Origin: Octopus vulgaris
Taxonomy: Eukaryota
Length of the DNA stretch: 64,000 nucleotides
Reading direction: 5' to 3'
Assembly (NCBI GenBank): GCA_951406725.2
Contig: OX597819.1
Coordinates: 95,542,001-95,606,000 of the forward strand
Position 1 is the stretch's first letter. Every line of letters starts with the position of its first letter. Positions 12,556 through 27,269 of the stretch are shown piece by piece. A program made the position numbers and the translations under genes. The notes under the pieces were generated by a model that was not told where the DNA came from, did not search any database, and saw only the letters and a list, made by a program, of their open reading frames with translations.

Positions 12556-13090
12556 GTTATACTCTGTGAATACTATACAAACCCATCAGTTGCTAAGTAA
12601 CTTATAGTTTATACAAGTTACAAGATTTCTAACCCATATAGATTACTACACCATTCAACAGTCATTTTGTTACTCAGGTTCATAGATTGCTGAGTTATTT
12701 ACCTGCATTTCTTCAGGACCTCTTTTCTTTCACTGTGTGCACACAACTTTCTTGTAACAGCTTCCAACTTCCGTTTTTTCTCACAGATCTCATTCTCCTT
12801 TCCTCTCTTTTCCCCATCCTTTTCTCTATCCACTTATCTTTTACACTCTCACATGCATAGCTTACACACACCTACACATAGACATACAACATACATAGCT
12901 GCTGCACACACACATACACATACATGCGTGGAAGTGCTTACATATAATCATGGCATAGACATAAGAGCTCTCTTACAACAATCCCTAATGCACAAACATG
13001 TTATACATAAACTAACATATACATTCTGTACATGTTTATATAAGAAGATATATAATTATATACACTCTACATACACAAGTACCACACACG

Positions 13091-13129
<39 letters not shown>

Positions 13130-13439
13130 GCCTATTATGCACGCCTTTGTCTTCAAAAACCACATTTTCTATTTCCAACTTCTGGTCAGTTTTTTTTTAG
13201 GCACATCATGACACATGCTTTTCCTGATGATACCAGTTCTTTCCTCCATTTCTTCATCCCTAAGCTTTCTTCCTCTATCTGACAAAGAGTCATGCTCAAA
13301 ACATCATATTTTCATTCCCAATTCTTCCATCAAAAGCTTTTACTGAGTGTCTGCCTAATATGTTCACTGGGTGCAACCAATTAACCTTTGCTGTTTATCC
13401 TGTTTTTCTGTTTGTTCTTGAATATATATATATATAAAT

Positions 13440-13972
13440 GAAGACCTGTTGAGGCAAGTGAGAATCAAATCGAACCAAATCAAAATAGATGAACATCAAT
13501 GGAATTTGTATCCTTGTGGTACCAGTGCCGGTGGCACATAAGAAAACCATCCGAACGTGACCGTAGCCAGTACCGCAATGACTGGCCTCCGTGCTGAGGG
13601 CACGTAACAAACACCATCCGAGCGTGGCCGTCCGCCAGCCTCGTCTGGCACCTGTGTCGGTGACACATAAGAAAACAACATCCGAGCGTGGCCATCTGCC
13701 AGCCTCGTCTGGCACCTGTGTCGGTGGCACATAAAAAACACCATCCGAGCGTGGCCGTCTGCCAGCCTCGTCTGGCACCTGTGTCGGTGGCACATAAAAT
13801 CACCCACTACACTCTCGGAGTGGTTGGCGTTAGGAAGGGCATCCAGCTGTAGAAACACTGCCACATCTGACTGGCCTGGTGCAGCCTTCGGGCTTCCCAG
13901 ACCCCAGTTGAACCGTCCAACCCATGCTAGCATGGAAAGCGGACGTTAAACGATGATGATGATGATGATGAT
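13440..13972 (+). mobile_element. RTE 3'-end fragment
   Basis: Same 3' UTR and (ATG)n tail as the other RTE copies. Confidence 0.85.
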
Positions 13973-14107
13973 GTATGTATGTATGTATATATTTATAAGC
14001 AATTAATCTATGTCCAGTCATAAAGTGACTAATGGTTTCACATTCATAAAGGGCCTAGCCCATGGATAGTTTGTCAGACTCTAAAGCTGAAGACTATACA
14101 ATACATT

Positions 14108-14141
<34 letters not shown>

Positions 14142-14730
14142 CATTAAAAAAAAAAACGAGAAAAAGACAAGAAAAAACAACAACACAGCATTAATAAGAT
14201 GCTCAGAGAAGGAAAGAATATTTGTTTTACGTGTCAAGCATAGCTCTTCTTCGGAAACAGAAGACATAGGAAAAGTCCAAAAGAAAAGGATGGAGGAAAA
14301 AATTGCCAACAGTTCACATGTAGTTACATTTTTGAAATGACCGCACATAGATGGACAAAGAGAAAGTGCTTTTTGAGACAGGAGAGTGTGAAGAATGGCT
14401 GGTACCATATATATATATGATGGACTCTCCCATTGTTAGATGATGTATGAGGGTTCAACAATTTCTCACCGAACAACTACACAGATAATTTGTTTATAGT
14501 GATCAAATGTTTGCGTAGACATAAGCTCACTCCCTCCATCAGATCGACATACCTATACAGGTGCCATGTGCCTTCACACACACACAGATAGATAGACAGA
14601 CAGAAGACATATATATATATACACACATATATATATATATATATATCTATATATATATATATATATATCGTTAGAAGAAGATGATGATATATATATATAT
14701 ACACACACACATACATACATATGATATATA

Positions 14731-14856
14731 TCCAATGTTCACTGCTGATTGCAGTTCTAGTCGTTCCTTTGCGACAGGCCCTTTAAGTTCAGTCTGAACT
14801 TAAAAGGGCCTATTGCAAAGGAACAATTGGTGCCGTAATCAATGGTGAATATTAGA
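14731..14856. repeat. Old ~62-bp-arm palindrome
   Basis: Centre aagttcag-t-ctgaactt; arms differ almost only by transitions. Confidence 0.8.
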
Positions 14857-15324
14857 TTTGTGTTATATGTGTTGGCAAAAGCAGGATACGTGAATCATAT
14901 GAAGTCACATGAAAATCGTAATGCCCAGACATCATCTGTCCCTTTGCCATATGTCAAAAAACTTGTAAGACAATATCTGAACTTAAAAGACATATGCTAG
15001 TTCACAAAAACATTCCTTCAGAATCAGATTCCAAAGGGCAAAGATATAGAAGAAGCTTGAATAACATCTGTCACTTGTGTTTTAAACCCTGTCAGTCAGA
15101 ATCTGGCCTTAAATGTCATCTAAGGGCACATGAACAGAGTGAATGTGCTGTGTGATGGGTGTGGTGTGTGTGTTGATGGGACAGCTATCATCTGCCAAGA
15201 TGAAGCAATCGTCAATCAATATATATATATATATGTATATACATATATATATTATATATGTATGTATGTGTGTGTATATATATATATATATATACACATA
15301 TATATCATATCGGGCGATATGATA

Positions 15325-15890
15325 TGCTTGAGAAGACCTGTTGAATCAAGTAAAACCTAAATCATAGCTGTGGCCAGTGTCTCTTGACTGGCTCCCATGC
15401 TGGTGGCATGTAAAAAGCACCATCCGAACGTGGCCAATGCCTCCTGTGCCAGTGGCACATAAAAAGCACTACCCAAATGTGATTGATGCCTGGGCCCCCT
15501 GACTGGCTCCCATTCTAGTGGCACGTAAAATGCATCATCCGAACGTGGCCTGACTGGCTCCCATGCTGGTGGTATGTAAAAAGCATCATCAAAGTGTGGC
15601 TGATGCCAGTACCCGCTGACTGGCTCCCAAGCCAATGGCACGTAAAAAGCATTATCTGAATGTGATCGATGCCAAGCCTGCCTGACTGGCTCTTGTGCCA
15701 GTGGCATGTAAAAAGAACCCACTACAGTCTCGAAGGGATTGGCATTAGGAAGAGCATCCAGCTGTAGAAACATTGGCAGATCAGATTGGAGCCTGGTGCA
15801 GCCGCTGGCTCTCCAGACCTTAGTCAGACCATCCAACCCATGCTAGCATGGAGAACAGACGTTAAACAATGACGATAATGATGATGATGA
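15325..15890 (+). mobile_element. RTE 3'-end fragment (older subfamily)
   Basis: Tandem ~65-bp UTR units and conserved terminus. Confidence 0.8.
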
Positions 15891-16224
15891 TATATATATA
15901 TATACATATATTTATACCAGTTGAAGTATATTTCATTAAAAAAAACATCCATTTTTCTGAAAGTTATGATGAAATAGTTGATGACAGGGCATGTGTAAGT
16001 ATGCTGTAACTTGAATAAGCTGAAATTCATGTTCAAATGATTAAGAAATGAGCTTATGGAATTTTTTTCATGACTAAATTAACATAATTCCAAATATTTA
16101 ATATTATTACAAGTAGTAGTCCTTAGTTTAGATCTCTGATGTATTCTATTTAGCAGATTGGTGCTTCCCATCTTGGCTTTGCTTCCTCATAACTTATTGC
16201 AAAATATATATTTTTTTCAATGAA

Positions 16225-17515
16225 ACTTTGTAGAGATACATATTAAAAGGTTTAGATTACAATTATAGCCCAGAAGACCACCAGCAAGGAGAAGAAGGGT
16301 CTGGAGACTTAAAGATCCTGGAAATGGACAAAGATTTAGAGATATATTACTTGAAGCCTTTGATGAAATAGAAGGGGATAAAGCTTCACATGTTGTAGAA
16401 GACAACTGGAGGTTCCTACAGGACAACCTGCTAAGGGCCACCAACCAGATCTGTGGATGGTGCAAAGTACCCTCTCGACCCAAAATGACGTGGTGGTGGA
16501 ACAATGTTGTTGACAGGGCTATTAGACAAAAGAAACAGGCTTGGAAGGTCTGGAAGAACGGTGGTAGCAGGGAAGTGTATCAGACCACCAGAAGGGAAGC
16601 TAGGAGGCAGGTTTATTTAGCCAGAGGGGAAGCAGATAACTGTGCTGGTATGGTCATGTGGTGAGAATGATGAGGATAGCTGTGTGAAAAAGTGCCACAC
16701 CCCAGCAGTTGAGGGAACCTGAGGAAGACCTGGGATGAAGTGGTGAAGCACAGTCTTTGAACATTAGGCCTCACCAAGGAAATGACTAGTGACTGAGACT
16801 TTTGGAAATATGCTGTGCTTGAGAAGACCCGGCAAGCCAAATGAGACCATAACCTGTAGCCTATGCCAGGAGTGTAACCAGCCCGCTTATGCATACCTTT
16901 TCCTTCTTTGGTCACTAAACTATGCTTGCGAAGACCTGTTGAGGCAAGTGAAATCAAAATCAAAATCAATTCGATGACTGGCATCCACGCTAGCGGGGTG
17001 CAAAGAGCACCACACGAGTGTGATCGTTGACAGAGCGGCTAACCGGCTTCTGTGCCAGTGGCACATAAAGGGCACCATTCGCGTGGGATCATTACCAGCA
17101 TCGTCTTACGGGCACTTGTGCCTGTGATAGTAGGGTGCTGGAGAGCGCCATCCGAACGTCATCATTGCCAGAGCGGCTAACTAGCTTCCATGCCAGTGAC
17201 ACGTAAAAGGCACCATTCGAGTGTGATCGTTACCAGCATCACCTTACTGGCTCCTGTGCCGGTGGCATGTGTAAAAAGATTTGAGTGAGGTCGTTGCCAG
17301 TACCGGCTGACTGGCCCCCATGCCAGTAGCACATAAAAAGCATCCACTACACTCTTGGAGTGGTTGGCGTTAGGAAGGGCATCCAGCTGTAGAAACTCTG
17401 CCAGATCAAGATTGGTGCCTGGTGCAGCCATCTGGTTCGCTAGCCCTCAGTCAAAATCGTCTAACCCATGCTAGCATGGAAAGCGGATGTTAAACAATGA
17501 TGATGATGATGATGA
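16225..17515 (+). mobile_element. Internally deleted RTE LINE
   Basis: TWWWN region joined to WYGHV and 3' UTR, (ATG)n tail. Confidence 0.8.
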
Positions 17516-17517
17516 TG

Positions 17518-17519
17518 CA

Positions 17520-17617
<98 letters not shown>

Positions 17618-17635
17618 TATGCATGTGTGTGTGTG

Positions 17636-17666
<31 letters not shown>

Positions 17667-17827
17667 CATGCATGTGTGTATATATATATATATATACACA
17701 CAACAGGCTTCTTTCAGTTTCTGTCTACCAAATTCACTCACAAGGCTTTGATCAGCCCAAGGCTATAGTAGAAGACACTTGCCGGAACTGTGTGGCTGGT
17801 AAGCAAGCTACTTACCACAAGGCCACT

Positions 17828-17875
<48 letters not shown>
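17518..17875. repeat. Compound (GT)n/(AT)n microsatellite with a SINE head fragment (17700-17830, -)
   Basis: Direct inspection. Confidence 0.85.
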
Positions 17876-17877
<2 letters not shown>

Positions 17878-18418
17878 AATTCACTTTGAATTTAACTAAT
17901 TTTGGATCCCCTTGCAAAAGTTGTGGTAACATGTATTTTCAGAAATTCCAATGATATTTTCAATATCTTTGCCTAGGCAATCCCTGGCAAAGGGTAACAG
18001 AAGTTATTACATCCGTCTTTGAAAAGAAAGTGAGTCAGACTTGAGTAAGAGGATACTGGAAGTATATATATTATAGTGTGAAGGAGTGATAAAGTGGAAA
18101 ATGTATGTGAGTGGATAGAGACTAGTCTGTGTAGTGAGGGTATGTTTGACATAAGGATTGAGGGGGTATGTGTATAAACACACACACAAAAACATACACA
18201 TGATGACATATATATATATATATAAGTAAAGGGATGAGAAAAGAATAACTAATTGTTTTATGAACCAATTAACGCTTTACCAAATACACACACATACAAT
18301 AACACATTTATATACGTGCTCATGTACCAGTAAATACACATATGCAGAGGTATGTGTCCATACATATACACACAGGCATGAATACATGCATGCATACATA
18401 CATATATACATACATACA

Positions 18419-18449
<31 letters not shown>

Positions 18450-18959
18450 CTGGATGAACATATACAGATGCACGGATACAAACATGTATGTGTGCATACA
18501 TATATCCATACACACATACACACACACACACACACACATACACTGTCTCTCTCTCTCTCTCACACACACACACACGTAGTCATATATATATATAGAAGGA
18601 TAGGGAAAATTAAGTGAGTAAGGCAGGAAAGTTTAGTGATAAGGAATGAGGAATATCATATGTATAAATGCCAATTAGCCTCGTATTTTTGACCATGGGT
18701 GTGGACTAGGATTGTTAGATAGCCAGAAGAGGAGGAGTTGCTAAAGGGTGATAAGGAGGGTTTTAAAAGATAATGAAGTTCTCAGATGATAGCTCTTGCA
18801 ATAGTGCATGTTATAAGGTAAGTAGTGGTGGGAGATTGAAGGTTCATGAAGTTGTAATGGTGTTAGCTTTTGAAGCAAATAATAAAAAATAATATTAAAT
18901 CTTGAAATATTAGTGAAAAGTGTAATGTTTATTGGGAATAAATAAACCAAAACTAAAAT

Positions 18960-19890
18960 TATCACTAGGTTCTTGGGCGTATCATATTTTCTGTAGGTAT
19001 TCTGTTGTTATTTCTAACAGTGACAAAGAGTTCAGTCTTTTGTTTGACATAGAATTCCAGATTGTTTTCCTCATTTACAACACAGGGCTTGTATCCTATG
19101 AGGTCTCTTTCTTCCTTGTATCTAGGCACATACAATCTGTCGATGTCATTTTTAGAGTGCAGTTCCTTGTTCGTTGTCATCACTTTCCTGGTTTTTCTAT
19201 CCATTTCCTCAAGCTCGTTCATTGTTCACCTAACAGCACCTGCACCATATTGTATTAAAGAAACATCCCATGTATTCATTGCCCTGGTCTTGTTCTTTCC
19301 ATTGAGTCTACTCTTCATAATTAATTTGGTTCTCCTAAAACTTTCTTTCATCTTGCTCTGCTTGATTTTGTCATACTCCAAAATACCCAATACTTATATC
19401 CATCAATCTCAATATCCTTGACTCTCTTGCTGTTGGGCACTTCTACACCATCAGATGACACTACTTTGCCTTTTTTTTTTATGATAAGTGTACCATACTT
19501 TTTAATCCCAAACTCCATCTTGATATCCTTACTGAATATCTGTAGTGTTGAAACCAGACCATTTATTTCATGCTCACTCTTACTGAAGATCTTTAAGTCA
19601 TCTATATATAACAGGTGATTTAAACTTTTCTCCATTTTTCAAGATGTATTCCAATGTCACTTTCTATAATATCTGCATGACGGGTATCATACAAATCACA
19701 AACAGCAATGGCAACAGACTACCTCCCTGAAATATGCCTCCGCTGATGATAACCCTCACTAAAAATTTTCCACATGATGTTAACTCTATAGTCCAATTCT
19801 CCATTGATCTCTTGATAAAATTTAAAATGTTATCAGGTACCTGTAACAACTCAAAACTGTCTAAAATCTAGGAACAATCCACACCATATC
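18960..19890 (-). mobile_element. Degenerate non-LTR reverse transcriptase, R4/Dong-like
   Basis: GIFQGGSLLPLLFVI, NHLLYIDDLKIF, MEFGIKK, DIDRLYVPR motifs. Confidence 0.75.
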
Positions 19891-20089
19891 CAGATTAGTA
19901 TGTCTTTTCTTGCAGTTGCTCAACAACATTCTGTCTATCTGAGGTTAATCCTTTGTCTCTCAGCTTTTCCTCCTACATTCCTTCCGTTCCATTGGCAGTT
20001 GTTATTATTCCTGTCATTTATTTCCACAGGGCTAGTTGAGGGTATGAGCAACAATGGCCTAGGATTGATTCTGAGTATCGATGAGAACA

Positions 20090-20600
20090 GTCTGAGTGGT
20101 CTCTTCAGGAGGACTTCATGTCAAAGATTATGGACAATTTTCAAAAATCTTTGGCATGGCAGTGCTACAGTCATTGCCTATTCAAGACAAGCTTTTCAGG
20201 CATGGAAGTGCCAAAAGCTGAACCTGCCTGAGATGTTTGCAGTGGGATGAAACCATCCTGCATGCAATCATTCATTAGTTTACTGTCTCATGTAAGACAA
20301 CTCCAGCTGTCCGCCAAGTGTATAGAGAAGATTAACATGCCACCTTCTTTTAGCAACCACTAGGTTTTGACAAAAGAGGCTGTGTGATGGATTCATTTGA
20401 AAGGTTTGAAGACAAACACTTTCCTATCTGGCCAAGCTGTCATCAGTTTCTTCAAATATCATTTGAAGAGGAAGGTGAAGGTAGAAAGGGTGGTACTGTC
20501 ATCTAGTGTGTTTATCAAAAGGTGGATGAGAGTAACAAGACTAGTGAGATTGAATAGATCTGCTCTGACTATGCTTTTCTAAGTTGGAGGAAAGAAACTG
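20090..20600 (+). mobile_element. Tx1/L1-like LINE 3' fragment
   Basis: ISFFKYHLKRKVKVER...FIKRW C-terminal motif, degenerate Cys-rich segment. Confidence 0.5.
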
Positions 20601-22442
20601 GAAGATGACACTTCCCATGCCTTGGGAATGGTAGAGTAATCTAGGTCTTTTGCATGGAGTTTATCCCGAATTACTCTAAGTACACTGCCGTGGCATTGAG
20701 TATTCCATTTATTTATACAGACTAATCTCTGCCCACTCTCTTACATTTCCCTGTCTCTCCCACACACTATGATATATTCTTCCAAGGCCTTCCAACTCAA
20801 ATCTGATTCGCTTTTTATTAAAAGCTGGAACTAGTAATTTCCATTATCCTTTGCCAGGGATTCTCCTTGAAACTTTACCTATGGAACTGCTAACTGACAG
20901 TATCTTTTACCTTGGCTTTGTCAACTCATCTATCATTGAAATACACATATATCTTTCACCTTGAATATTTTTATTATATTTTCTTATTTCTCAGTTGCTA
21001 GTCTTCAGTTGGCTCAAGGCTATTGTAGTAAGAGACAGATCAATTGAAATGGGAGGATCAGAGAGAGCCAAATAAAGTGAAAGGACATAGGAGCAAAAGG
21101 AGATTAAACAGACTTATACGCAAAGCCAAAGAAGCAGGAGAGAAAGAGGGTGTAAGGAAAGTAAGCAAGGGACTATGAGGAATGCTAGGAATATTTAAAA
21201 AAAAAAGAAAATTTTAGAGAAGAGAAAGAAAAGCAGACTAATGTAGTGGGTCAAGATAAAATATAAAGAGAGGTTGAAAATATGGAAATAGGACAGTAAA
21301 TATGTGTGTTAACTGGAAGAATTACTTATACTGCAGTATAGTATATAGAATATATATAGTGAATACATTTACTGTATACACAACAATGACAGAGCAGTAG
21401 ATATACATGGACTTATGCAAAAATATATAATACTTTACTAACAAAAACAAATCCAAAATAATCAAAATATGACAGTAAATTAGTAGAACTGCCTGTATGC
21501 TAATTGTGAACTGTATTATGCAGAATGTATGTGAAAACAACACATGATATTATAATCATACTGTAAACACATAGCTGATGCTAGATGTTAGTAATAATGC
21601 CCAAGCTTTGAGCCTTTAGCTCAACACTGGTAGCCATTCCTCTGACCACCTCCTTGTGGTGTTCTCTAACATTTTGATCCTAATGGGATATACATACATA
21701 CAAAAAGACAACTAATCTTCAACCTAGACACATCTGTCCACATGGCCTTAATATACATCTCAATTTCCCTGATTCTGCCTTCCATCCTCATATCCTTCAT
21801 TGTTTTAACATTTTCTGTTGACATTTGGCCTTTTCAACATCAGCTTGGAGCATATTATCATGTCAATGTGTGTGTGTGTGTGTGTGCATGCGCACGTGTG
21901 TGGGTTATTTGTAACATTTTTTTACCATGCCAGCATTCTCTTTGGAGTTTAATCATGTCCTGTGTCAGTTTTACTTGAGAAGTAGTATAGTGTGGGCATG
22001 CATAATTAAATACTTTTCAAGCAACACAGATATGCAGATGATTGTTAAGTAAATTTGACGTCAATCTCTATTATGTCTGTATTATATTATGGTCATGCAC
22101 TTCAAAAGATTATCATCTGAAATATTTTAAACACCAGGACGATTACCACTTTGACCTCATTATGCAACTGAGCAAAAGCTACTTGACTAAGTATTTTGAT
22201 AGGGGTGAACACTTTTCAGACAGAGTGGTGGAGATCCAATGTGAATAGTCCTAGTGTAGGTAGAAATTCCATTTGATATACCCAGTGCAAGCTATGAACA
22301 CATAAGAGGTGCAGTGGAATCATAGGGAGGTTAATAGAGAAAGTAGTCTCTGTGTGTGTAGAAGATGTGCAGGTATAATAAATACTAAGAATGTGCAGGA
22401 AATAGATTTCCTCAAATGTCCAAGAAGATCCTTAGATGTAGC

Positions 22443-23260
22443 ATGAGGGTGGGCTAAAAAGTTCATAGGCTGAATATGAAGGATGCTAGAACTGTGAAAT
22501 TCTGCATGCATTAATTTCAACTCTTCTTATTAATAACTGTATTGTTTCTTTCCAGGTAAACTGACATATGACTGTTCAAAGAAGACTTCAAAAATAATTA
22601 GTAATGACTTCTCTTGAAAATTGCCAAAATTTGGCATCATGGTGTTATCAAGTACCTGCAGAAAATGGATTTAGCCCCCAAGGACATTCATATTGACATG
22701 GATGCTACATTAGGGGATGATGCTCTAGCTTTATCAACAGTGCAAAAGTGGGTAGCTGAATTTGAGAAGGGAAGGATGAGCCTTGATGACGCCTAGGTCT
22801 GGACGTCCTGCAACAGCCATCAGCAGAGAAAACATTGATTATGTTCACCACATGGTGATGAATGATAGGTGATTGACTATAAATCAAATAGCCAATGCTA
22901 TTAGCATGTCCCATGAGAGAGTTGAGAATATTGTACACAATGACCATGACCTGATGAAGGTTTCTGCTCAGTGGGTGCCACATCTGATAACTGATCAAAA
23001 GTACACAAGGCTGATCACATCACAGGGAAACTGGCATTGTCTGAGGCAGATCCAGCTGGTTTCCTTGCAAGATGAGTGTTGGGTTCATCACTTTGAGCCA
23101 GAGACAAAGAGACAATCCATGTAACATAAACACCTTCCTCACCTGCTCCAAAGAAGGCTAAGGTTGTTTCATTTGCAGGAAAGGTGATGGTCTCAGTTTT
23201 TTGAGATGCAAAAGGCATTGTGTTTATTGGCTATATTTGAAAGAGCCACACTATCAGTGT
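22443..23260 (+). mobile_element. Mariner transposase remnant
   Basis: TIR-like gagggtgggctaaaaagtt; STVQKWVAEF, KVSAQWVPHL, DECWVHHFEPETKRQS. Confidence 0.85.
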
Positions 23261-24456
23261 CAGTGTACATGTACAACAAAGTGTAAATGTTTTGAAAGAA
23301 AAATTGAGCAGAAGAGGCATCAGTTGGCAGACTGGTAGAAACTTTTGATAAGGAACCGAAAGATTAGCCACAGTTTGGAAGGCAAGATAATTAGCAGGCT
23401 GTGAAACACAGAGTTATCTTTGACATTTCACATCTGGTCTTGCAGGAGTTGCAATACTGAGTAAAAACCACCCTGTGTTATAGATTTTCCTTAAGTACTG
23501 TAGGCTATAATCTTTATCTAAACTACTATAGGGAAGTTATAACTGAACCACTTGGAGGACTTAAAGCTATGAGTTTTGATTGTATGGGATGTGGAAAGAC
23601 ATGCTTAAGAGGATTATTTCACTTACCTACTTAGCTGTTTTTGATAGGTTAGGGATGAAGCACATGTGCTGCCAGGGATAGCATGGAACTGGCAAAGTTA
23701 CATTCTGCTGGCTTGAAGTAGCATAAGGTCTAGGAAGTAGATATCATGTAGTACATAGATATTTGGTGAATATACATGAGCCAATTGTTGGACAATGTGA
23801 TAGATGCAGAGTGATTTGCTTGATAAAAACTAGATTTGGAGATGTGAAAGTAGATGTTTGGTGTGTGTGTTAGTCAGAGATACATGTAGGAATGAGACTA
23901 GTTGATACAGATGGTTTAGGGTTGAAATATTCAAATTCTCTTCTGGCATCATGTCAGTGTAGTTATAGGAGAGCTAAGAATAGTAGGATGATGATTTCAG
24001 AGAGGGGTGAAGTGAGATATTTAGTTTTGCTGCAGGAAGAGGATGTGATTGAAGAGTTGTTGAAGTTCAAGGAGCCATATAGAAAGTCGAAATGGGAGAT
24101 TTTGTTGCTGATACCCAGGTGAGAAGTGAATGACAGAAAAATGGAATGTATATATTTTAATTTAAAAGGTAGAGTCTGCACATAACTACATAAATTTTAA
24201 CTGTGAACTGAGAAGGCAAAGTTTAAGGAGATTGGAGTAAAAATGTTTGTGCAATAGGGAATATACGATAAAATAAAGTGACAAGAAGAGGAAAATTATG
24301 TTGAGGTGAGTTTAGATAGGAGCTAGTAGCTTTAGTGTAGCAGAGTATTATAGAAGTAGACATAAAATACATAAAATAAAAGTAAGCCTAGTAGTCAAAA
24401 AATTCCTATATGTAATTGTTTCTTTTTTTAATGATTTGTGTTTTTTTTTATTACAG

Positions 24457-24506
24457 ATGAACACTGGAATGGTCCTTATCCAGCTGTAAATCAAAGTAAA
24501 CTGTGA
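24457..24506 (+). CDS. GSTK1: Glutathione S-transferase kappa 1, terminal coding exon (PTS1 SKL)
   Basis: Strong acceptor ttttttttattacag|. The phase-1 join gives NEHWNGPYPAVNQSKL*, aligning to the mammalian GSTK1 C-terminus (GEKWMGPIPPAVNARL). Confidence 0.92.
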
Positions 24507-24786
24507 AATTTAAGAATCTTCTTTATGTCAATATTCTTTTAAAAGAAAAAAAATAAGAGCAATCAATTGATATGTAATTTCAGACAGACACCTACTTCAC
24601 CTACCAAATCTGAATATTTGTGTAGGTCATATCTTATGACATTTTGTTAAACAGATGGCAAAAAAAATTAGATTTTTATAAAACTTTACTTTTTATTATG
24701 TTTATGTATTTGTCTTGGGTCACAGGATCTGTGACAAAAGAACTTTGACAAAAGAACTTTGACAAAGAAACTATAATAATAATAAT

Positions 24787-24792
24787 AATAAA
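24787..24792 (+). terminator. Candidate polyadenylation signal of GSTK1
   Basis: AATAAA about 280 nt after the stop; actual usage unknown. Confidence 0.4.
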
Positions 24793-25739
24793 GCTGAAAT
24801 GAAGACCAAATATATAGTGCATGTGTTTAATTGGCAAAATATGACCACCCCCAAATATAACATTCTTTTTTATCTTTTCCCTAAAAAGGAAAACAAAGTG
24901 ACTGGCCTAGTTTAGAGACGTTGGATTACCATCTGGAGCAATAGTTCATATCACTTCATCATCACTATATTCTACGGCTGGTCAAGATGCTTAACTCTCA
25001 AATGGTCAATTCCACTCACCTGTAAATGACCATGCCAAAACAAGACACTACTCACTACTATAAAACTAAGCAGAGAGAGAAACAGAGAAAGCGCTGTGTA
25101 TTAAGTATTTTATCTTGAGTGTGTCATCATCATCACTTAACATCTATTTTCCATGTTGGCGTGGGTTAAACTGTTTGACAAGTGCTGACAAACCAGAGGG
25201 CTTGACTAGGCTCCAGTTGTCTCTTTTGGCATAGTTTCCTAATGTCAACCACTGACACTAGCATTCGCATAGTGGTCAAGTAGCTTGCAAGACAAGGACC
25301 AATCAGCTGAGAGAGAGAGAGGGAGAGGAACCAAGAGAAGTGGCCATGTGCTAGGCAAGAGGCTGGAGTATGATAGAGGGATACTTTGGTTACCCCAGCT
25401 GGACAAGGAAGGAGAGAGTTAGAGAGAAAGATAGAGAAAAGTCAGAGTAGGAGAGAGGGCCTTCTCACAGGGAACAGTGGAGGGGGATATAAGTAGTATA
25501 GAGGAAATAGAGGAGATATTCCATAAGAGTGTGAAGGGAGATAGAGATAGCAAGTGATGATGAGAGGAATTGGAGTGGCTGGGAGGTGGATATATGTGGA
25601 TATGTAGAGGTGTGTGAGGGAGAGTGGGGATCTAGTGGGTGGTGAAGGTGTTTTGCCAGAGGACCAAATTATGTGTGTGTGCCAGGGGAGGTAGGAGTAT
25701 GGCCAAAAAGGACATGTCTGTATGTATGAATGGCCATGA

Positions 25740-27250
25740 TTTTACTTAGCTTGACATGTCTTCTCAAGCACAACAAATTGTTTGCTTCAGACCCTCGTCA
25801 TCTCCTCTGTGAGGTTCAACATCTGAAGATCATTTTTCACCACTTTGTCCCATGTCTTCCTGGGGTCTACCCCATTCAACAGATTACCTCCACAATTAGA
25901 AATCAGCACTTCTTTATGCAGTTATCCTTATCTCTAAACTCTCTTGCACAATACAACTGATGCTTCTTATAACCAGTTTTCTCTTAAATCATTTACACTC
26001 AGTGGTATATGCACACTAGCATGCTGAATTCATTTCTTTCAAGCTTTCACAAGTCCTCTGTAGTCACAGCCTATGTTTCACTGCCATGTAGCATAACTGT
26101 TCATACACAGGCATCATACAATCTGCCTTTCACTTTGAGTGAGAGGCCCTTTGCTACCTACAAAGGTAGTAGCTCTCTGAACTTTGACCAGACTACTCTT
26201 ATTCTAGCAACTATGCTTTCAGAACTTCCTCCTCCACCACTAACTTGGTTACCTACATAACAGAAACTATCAACTACAGCTAAGGACACCCCTTGACATT
26301 TGAGAGAGTCTATTCTCTGTACATTCTTAGTGTTTATTGTACCTGCACATCTGCCACAAAAAAAAAAAAACTACTTTCTCTGTTAACCTTCCTGTGATAC
26401 CACTGCAGATCTAATGTGTTCATAGCTTGCTCTGGATACATCATATGGAGTTTCTACCAATACTTTTTTCTATATACCAAGCAGGGCCATCTCCCTGAAG
26501 AGATGAGTGATTTGTCTATTTTTCTACTTACTACAACTTTGTTCTTTGCTAAATTAACTTTAAGGCTCTGGTTCCAGATCTTGATTCCACACCTGAAATT
26601 TCTTCTCTAGTTCTGGTAGTGATTCAGTCATAAGAACAAGGTCTTCAGCATAGAGAAGCTCTCAAGAGCAACCAGTCTAACATTCCTGTTACAGCCTGGA
26701 GGACTATGATGAACAAGAACATCCTTGTACAGCTCTCAACAGGTACTCATCTATCCCTAGTCTCACATTGACCACCAGATAAGGAGAAGGATACTCTGTC
26801 AAAGGCTTCCTCCATGTCAACAAAGGCCATGCACAGAGGTTTATTTTTGGCTATAAACTTCTCTTGCAGTTGCCTCACCAAAAAGATGACATCAGTAGTG
26901 CTTCTTCCTGACACAAAGCCAAAACGCATCTCATCTGGAATAACTCTATTCCTAAATAGTTGAGCTATGATACTATCTGACTTTCATGATTAGGTTCAGC
27001 CTCTGTAATTATTTCTATGGCATTATGCCTTTGTAGCAGTTGATTATTATGTTGTTATACTACTCATTGGGTATGACTTCTTTGTGGACAACCTGATTAA
27101 CTATATGGGTGACTAGACCATACCCCATTCAGCTGGGTATTTTAAGCATCTCAGTAATGGAGAAGACTTTCCCTGCATTCATATATTTAATTGCTTTATG
27201 TATCAGGCCAGTGTTGATTCAGATAGATGGCCCCACTGTTGGGGTCCACA
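25740..27250 (-). mobile_element. Degenerate RTE LINE
   Basis: FGFVSGRSTTD..AFVDMEEAFDRV; similarity to 35300-36290. Confidence 0.8.
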
Positions 27251-27269
27251 TTAGGCAAACTTTCTTATA

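Noticed and set aside
17461-18617. Numerous YI/CV/HT-repeat ORFs (also near 8.5, 29.5 and 33 kb)
   Set aside because: Translations of microsatellites
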